Shown in pieces: positions 59,100-64,000 of a stretch of 64,000 bases of DNA (its first letter is position 1; every line of letters begins with the position of its first letter). The notes under the pieces were generated by a model. The model worked only from the letters and a program-made list of their open reading frames with translations, made no database searches and was not told the DNA's origin. The stretch is from Lachnospiraceae bacterium (GTDB taxonomy: Bacteria > Bacillota > Clostridia > Lachnospirales > Lachnospiraceae). A program made the translations under genes and the position numbers. The stretch covers positions 28,984 through 92,983 of the forward strand of contig JAZUIN010000024.1 of the NCBI GenBank assembly GCA_045642225.1. Direction: 5' to 3'.

Positions 59100-60035
59100 T
59101 TATTTATTCTTCTCAATTATTTCTTCAAATGCTTTCTTTTCTTCTGACAAATCCTCACTGATTGGCTTACCCACATAGTATGCTGCCATAAGACCTGGGC
59201 CAACATTTACAGCATTTACCATTGTAAGCTCAATAATATGAACTGCTTTAGGATTAAATCTTTCTTCAATCATTTCTTTATATTTCTCAGCTTGTGGTCC
59301 TCTTTGAGAATGTGCAATAAAAATCTCTTGCTCAGTAGGATTTTCGATTTCGCGCTCCATATAATCTAGAAGCACTTTATATGCCATCTTAGCACCTTTA
59401 ACCTTAGCAAGTACAGTTGTCAAACCATTGTAATCAAACTCACCTAATGGTTTTACACCTGCTAATGTTCCAAAGAAAGCCTTAGCATTTGTTAATCTCC
59501 CCTTCTTTGCAACAAATGACAAATCATCTAACCAACCTGTTTGATGATATCTATTCTTATTTTCTTCCAAATAAGAAACAACTTCATCTATTGTTTTTCC
59601 TTCATCACGAAGCTTAGCCGCATGAACAACCATAAGACCATATCCCGGTCCAAAACGCAAAGAATCTATTACATGAATTTTTACGTCTGGATACTTCGCT
59701 TCGACTTGCTCTTTAGCCTTCACTTCAAAATTATATGCACCACTAATTCCAGAAGAAAGCGTTACTGACAAAATATCCTTTCCCTCTTTGGCATATCCCT
59801 CGAAAATCTCCGCTATCTCTTCTACATTTGCTGGTGAAGTTGAATACGACATTGGATCCTTTTTAAGCTTTGTATAGAAACTATCCTTATCATAATCAAG
59901 CCAACTCGTACCAACTACAATCTCTTTCCTGTCTGGGAATTGCACATGTCCTGGGTTGATAGCAATATTATATTTATCCATATATTCTTGATTTAAGTCA
60001 CTACCTGCTCCTGCCAATATAACAAACTCACTCAT
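59100..60035 (-). CDS. DegV family fatty-acid-binding protein (FakB-like)
   Basis: DegV length and motifs (LSSGISGAYN, VGPGLMAAYY). Confidence 0.85.
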   Translation of the reverse strand: MSEFVILAGAGSDLNQEYMDKYNIAINPGHVQFPDRKEIVVGTSWLDYDKDSFYTKLKKDPMSYSTSPANVEEIAEIFEGYAKEGKDILSVTLSSGISGAYNFEVKAKEQVEAKYPDVKIHVIDSLRFGPGYGLMVVHAAKLRDEGKTIDEVVSYLEENKNRYHQTGWLDDLSFVAKKGRLTNAKAFFGTLAGVKPLGEFDYNGLTTVLAKVKGAKMAYKVLLDYMEREIENPTEQEIFIAHSQRGPQAEKYKEMIEERFNPKAVHIIELTMVNAVNVGPGLMAAYYVGKPISEDLSEEKKAFEEIIEKNK

Positions 60036-60051
60036 CTCATATCTCCTTAAA

Positions 60052-60315
60052 TTATTTATTATTTAATTTATCTTCTATAAAAGAAACTACATCTCCTAGC
60101 GTCTTAAAATCTGAAACGCCAACATCTCCAAACTCAATATCAAATTCTTCTTCTATCGTTATTACAAGGTACAACATATCTATTGACATCAGTCCCAAAT
60201 CCGTTGACAAATTTGATGCTTCTGTTGCCGCTTCATATTTATCTTTATTTCTATCATCTGACTGAATCAGATTGTCTTTTAGCTTTCTAGCTATTTCTTC
60301 TCTACTTATTGTCAT
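60052..60315 (-). CDS. Acyl carrier protein (stand-alone, operon-specific)
   Basis: 87 aa, acidic. The phosphopantetheine site context is DLGLMSIDML. Confidence 0.75.
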   Translation of the reverse strand: MTISREEIARKLKDNLIQSDDRNKDKYEAATEASNLSTDLGLMSIDMLYLVITIEEEFDIEFGDVGVSDFKTLGDVVSFIEDKLNNK

Positions 60316-61786
60316 TTTGGTATCTCACAATCTTCATACTTGGTGTTCTTTCAAAATCACTATCGCGTATAATAATATCATTCACTCTCTGGAAAGGTTG
60401 TAATTCGAGATTCTTTTCTTGAAGCTTTTTAAGCATTTCTGCTTCTATATCTTCTTCGCCAAAATCCTTCAACTCTGTTGCTCTTGGATAAATCTCCAAT
60501 GCTAGTTTCCTATCTTTGTCTTCATAAACCTGACAATCTTGCACAAAATCAAGCTCATTAAACTTAGCCTCTAATTCCTGTGGAGAAATGTTTTCGCCAC
60601 TTGGAAGAACTATCACTTCTTTTATTCTTCCTACGATATACATATATCCTTGTACATCAAACTTGACTAAGTCTCCTGTTCTAAACCAACCATCTGTGAA
60701 GCTCTCCTCTTCGCCAATATAGCCATCCATTATGTTTTTGCCTTTGAGCCAAAGTTCTCCATCTACAACCTTGTACTCTTGATTAGGATACAATATTCCA
60801 ACAGAATCTGGCTTTGATAAGCTTTCTGGATTTCCCGAAACAAGATTTGCTGATTCCGTCAAACCATATCCTGGCAATAGCTTAATTCCTAATGCTTGAT
60901 ATTCTCTTACAAGATAAGGGCTAACTGCTGCAGCTCCTGCAATTATTGTTTTAACGCTATCTCCTAACATATTTCGTTTAAATTTCGTAGACAACTGTAG
61001 TGCAAGTTCAGCAAGTGCCGGAACAAGCACAAGAATAGTTGGTCTAAACACTGCAATATCCTTGAACATATCTTTATTATTTTTACAAATGTAAAGCATA
61101 CTTCCTGTGTATAGACTCGTCATAAGATTTCTAATTAATCCAAACACATGTGTCAAAGGAATCACAAGTAAATATCTTTGATTAAATACATTTTCATAGC
61201 CATAGCAACCATTGATAGTTCCTTGCATTACGGCCTCATTACTTAACAAAACGGCTTTGCTTCCACCTGTCGTACCACCAGTAAACATTATTACTGCAGG
61301 TTCTTTTCCGTCAACTTTGGCAATACCTTCTTCTCGCCCGTTGTCATTAACCGACAGCTTGCACACACTAGTATCGACTAGCTTAACCTTATCTTCTAAA
61401 GCCTCTTCATAAATAATTGCATCCGCCCCTAGTTTCAAGCAACACCCCATTACCGCCTTTTCATCTAAAGTTGCTGGAAGAATAATCGCTGTATTGCCTG
61501 ATGTAACAACTGCAAGATATGCTTTAACAAAGTCGATGCTATTAGTTGCCAAAATTGCAATTCTATCATTATCTTTATTTACATTCTGCTTTATCGCACC
61601 TCTTAAAGCTGATGCTTTCTTCTCTAATTGAGAAAATGTATACTCTTTTCCACCTTCAACAACAGCCGTCAACGAGGCATATTTAGATACGCAGTTCTCC
61701 CACATTTCACTCACAGTATCATATTCAACAATTTGTGCGAAAGTAGCTGGAGAAGTATATTTTGCAAATATCTCTTTATTTATCAT
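60302..61786 (-). CDS. AMP-dependent synthetase/ligase (acyl-AMP forming; probable fatty acyl-ACP/CoA ligase)
   Basis: AMP-binding motifs FTGGTTGGSKAV, GYGLTE, TGD and a C-terminal K. ATGA overlap with the upstream gene. Confidence 0.85.
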   Translation of the reverse strand: MINKEIFAKYTSPATFAQIVEYDTVSEMWENCVSKYASLTAVVEGGKEYTFSQLEKKASALRGAIKQNVNKDNDRIAILATNSIDFVKAYLAVVTSGNTAIILPATLDEKAVMGCCLKLGADAIIYEEALEDKVKLVDTSVCKLSVNDNGREEGIAKVDGKEPAVIMFTGGTTGGSKAVLLSNEAVMQGTINGCYGYENVFNQRYLLVIPLTHVFGLIRNLMTSLYTGSMLYICKNNKDMFKDIAVFRPTILVLVPALAELALQLSTKFKRNMLGDSVKTIIAGAAAVSPYLVREYQALGIKLLPGYGLTESANLVSGNPESLSKPDSVGILYPNQEYKVVDGELWLKGKNIMDGYIGEEESFTDGWFRTGDLVKFDVQGYMYIVGRIKEVIVLPSGENISPQELEAKFNELDFVQDCQVYEDKDRKLALEIYPRATELKDFGEEDIEAEMLKKLQEKNLELQPFQRVNDIIIRDSDFERTPSMKIVRYQNDNK

Positions 61787-62418
61787 CGTTTGTCTCCTAA
61801 TATCTTTTCTAATTCTATTTCTTTCTGGAAAATGTGCTCTGTAATCTTTTCAATTTCTTGCTTTGTAGGTCGATTCCCATACATTTCCCATACCTTTATA
61901 GGCTCTCCTATCACACATCTGTACCGCTTCCAAATATTTTTTCGTTTCTCAATATATACTGGAATAATCGGTTTCTTCGCAGAAAGACTCATTAGTACCA
62001 TTCCCGATTTAAAGCTATCTAATATTTCATCTGTAGTATTAATATGGCCTTCAGGAAAAATAGTTATAAGTTCTTCATTTTTAAGTCCAGATACTATTTC
62101 TTTGAATGTTGCCATACTAAAATCATCCCTATCAATAGGAATACATCTAAATCCCTTGAACACAAATCCATATGCTTTTTCAAAAATATCTTTGATGCAT
62201 ACAAATCTGTGTCTTCTATTCCAAATTGAAAGCATAATAATAAAAGGATCTGCAAATGTACTATGATTAGCACAAATCAATGCGCCTCCTTCTATCTTAT
62301 ATCTGTGCGCTGCATAATACACCTTTGGTCTAAAATAAAGCCAGCAAGGTGCACCTGTAACTCTCACAAAATCCCAAAACAAATATTTAATTCCAAATTT
62401 AACTTTGGCATTTTTCAT
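61783..62418 (-). CDS. PlsC/LPLAT-family acyltransferase (copy B)
   Basis: The HX4D motif is NHSTFADP. Block III is FPEGH. Confidence 0.8.
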   Translation of the reverse strand: MKNAKVKFGIKYLFWDFVRVTGAPCWLYFRPKVYYAAHRYKIEGGALICANHSTFADPFIIMLSIWNRRHRFVCIKDIFEKAYGFVFKGFRCIPIDRDDFSMATFKEIVSGLKNEELITIFPEGHINTTDEILDSFKSGMVLMSLSAKKPIIPVYIEKRKNIWKRYRCVIGEPIKVWEMYGNRPTKQEIEKITEHIFQKEIELEKILGDKR

Positions 62419-63049
62419 CTAATAAATCTCCGAGTCTTATTATTTCTTGTCGTAAATCTTCTGAAATCTTTCGAATATTTTTATTCCTACTGAGTCTTGG
62501 ATCAATATAATCATTTACATCTATTGGCTTACCAATAATCATCTTGGCACTTTTCTTAAAATATCCACCCTTAGTATAAATAGGAATAATAGGAACATTA
62601 CTATCCATTGCAATCATTGCTGTACTTGGAACAAATGGAAGTGGCGTCTCTTCACCCTTTTCTGCAAGTCTTGCTTCCGGAAAAATTCCTACTACACCAT
62701 TATTTCTTAAAATTTCTTCAGATTCTCTAATAAAATTAGCATTTATCGCTTTTCTATTTACATATATTCCGCCAAGATTACTAAGAAACCATCCAAGGAC
62801 AGGCTTCTCGAAAAGCACTTCTGCCATCTGATATCTTAGAGTTCTACCTATAATTACAAAAAATATTAATGCATAATCGTATACCGATGTATGATTAGAA
62901 ATTATTATTGCTGGACCATATATTGTTCTACCTTGTATACGTTTGTCTTCATAATAAACCTTAGGTCTTAATGCTAGAATCCAAAAAGGATACGCTGTAA
63001 TCTTTACAAATGCATTAAAAAATTTTATCTTTAAATCTTTAAGTTTCAT
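62399..63049 (-). CDS. PlsC/LPLAT-family acyltransferase (copy A)
   Basis: The HX4D motif is NHTSVYDY. Block III is FPEARL. Confidence 0.8.
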   Translation of the reverse strand: MKLKDLKIKFFNAFVKITAYPFWILALRPKVYYEDKRIQGRTIYGPAIIISNHTSVYDYALIFFVIIGRTLRYQMAEVLFEKPVLGWFLSNLGGIYVNRKAINANFIRESEEILRNNGVVGIFPEARLAEKGEETPLPFVPSTAMIAMDSNVPIIPIYTKGGYFKKSAKMIIGKPIDVNDYIDPRLSRNKNIRKISEDLRQEIIRLGDLLDEKCQS

Positions 63050-63824
63050 TTCCTTTAGCCTTCTTATCTACTACCTTTGTTACAACAATCAAAATTATAC
63101 CTAGAATAAATAAACCTATACTAATCCACTGTGAAGTATACAAATCCAAGAACTTACCTCGATATTCATCATACCTAAACATTTCTAGAACAAATCTAAC
63201 TACCGCATATAACATTAAATATATAGAAATGCTATATTTCAAACCACCCTTCATACTATAAATAAATAGCACCAAAGCTATCATCATCAAGCAAATAGCT
63301 TCCACAAGCTGTACAGGAAACAAGCTTATTCCTGCTGGCGCAATAGATCCTTTCGGAAATACCACAGCAAAAGGACCATCATAAGGCTTTCCATAACAGC
63401 ATCCTGCCAAGAAGCATCCTATTCGTCCGAAGGCATGCGCAAATGGTATGGCAAATGTATATTTTCTAACAAAAAACCACGCATCTATTTTATGAGCAAT
63501 TCCCGCTATAATAACACATAAAAGACCGCCAATTAATCCTCCATAAAATACAAATCCACCGCCAATTATTGTTCCTAAGTAATTAAAATCTGTAAGACGG
63601 TCCCATTCAATCATATCAAATGACACAATTATATATAATATTTTAGCACCTAAAAATCCCCCCAACAATCCGTATGCTTCTATAATGATAAGATCTAGTA
63701 TATCCTTCTTATCCCTTTTTATAACCATCCAGCCGACAATCAAATTGGCCAAGATAGCGCCTATTGTAATCATCAAACCGTATCCGGGCACTTTAAACCC
63801 GAAAATATTTAAATAAATGCTCAT
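63039..63824 (-). CDS. lgt: Prolipoprotein diacylglyceryl transferase
   Basis: Polytopic membrane protein. The Lgt signature is GRIGCFLAGCCYGKP. Confidence 0.85.
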   Translation of the reverse strand: MSIYLNIFGFKVPGYGLMITIGAILANLIVGWMVIKRDKKDILDLIIIEAYGLLGGFLGAKILYIIVSFDMIEWDRLTDFNYLGTIIGGGFVFYGGLIGGLLCVIIAGIAHKIDAWFFVRKYTFAIPFAHAFGRIGCFLAGCCYGKPYDGPFAVVFPKGSIAPAGISLFPVQLVEAICLMMIALVLFIYSMKGGLKYSISIYLMLYAVVRFVLEMFRYDEYRGKFLDLYTSQWISIGLFILGIILIVVTKVVDKKAKGNET

Positions 63825-63913
63825 ATTATTTTCCCTTTTATTCCCTTTATAGCAAACAATATTCTATCCCATTTTACTAAATTCTATATATAAATACAAA
63901 TAAAAATGACAAC

Positions 63914-63943
63914 AAAAAAGCGTCTGTCATAAGACAAACGCTT
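63914..63943 (-). terminator. Intrinsic terminator of the truncated upstream gene
   Basis: AAGCGTTTGTC-loop-GACAGACGCTT followed by TTTTTT on the minus strand. Confidence 0.7.
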
Positions 63944-63963
63944 AGTCAAACTCAGTATATAAA

Positions 63964-64000
63964 TTATTGTTGAGCTTGTGCTTCTGCAACTACTTCGTTA
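63964..64000 (-). CDS. 3' end of an unidentified gene (...NEVVAEAQAQQ-stop); the rest lies outside the window
   Basis: The frame is open to the window edge. A TAA stop at 63966..63964 is followed by a terminator. Confidence 0.4.
   Translation of the reverse strand, partial: NEVVAEAQAQQ

Overview
AT-rich, low-GC Firmicute chromosome segment. Gene content and protein motifs look Clostridia/Lachnospiraceae-like: motility and chemotaxis genes, a permuted GH3, AdhE, rubrerythrins, and many c-di-GMP enzymes. About 50 genes are present, and almost all are on the minus strand.

Left to right:
- secA 5' end
- a 0.9 kb ORF-free unit
- map
- a cell-wall hydrolase
- c-di-GMP, lipid and chemotaxis genes: EAL, MGDG-synthase-like GT, plsY, MCP, DegV
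- a glycoside-utilisation operon: GPH symporter, GH3, GH2
- mscL
- the pantothenate/CoA operon: panB-panC-panD-coaBC
- a plus-strand island with a hybrid histidine kinase and a FapA-REC protein
- an HD-GYP gene, then adhE
- the sulfur amino-acid genes cysK-metY
- an apparent fprA-copA-metF-metH unit preceded by rubrerythrin genes
- a second HD-GYP gene
- a small decayed or accessory patch
- the str operon: rpsL-rpsG-fusA-tuf
- a tightly packed 9-gene lipid operon headed by lgt

Findings I rate highest:
1. A complete, unannotated type I toxin-antitoxin-like module at 22.84-23.15 kb. It has a 28-codon hydrophobic peptide, a 5'/3' fold-back mRNA, and a convergent antisense sRNA. Both transcripts have near-consensus promoters.
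2. The lgt-headed operon, which combines two PlsC-like acyltransferases, an acyl-AMP ligase, a dedicated ACP, FakB/FakA-like proteins, a GPH-type MFS transporter and a Cys-nucleophile alpha/beta hydrolase.
3. A single in-frame TAG inside the essential fusA gene, although TAG is a common genuine stop codon in this window.
4. A Cys/Met-rich 18-19 codon upstream ORF in the cysK-metY leader.

Everything here rests on reading the sequence and recalling family motifs. No database search was run.
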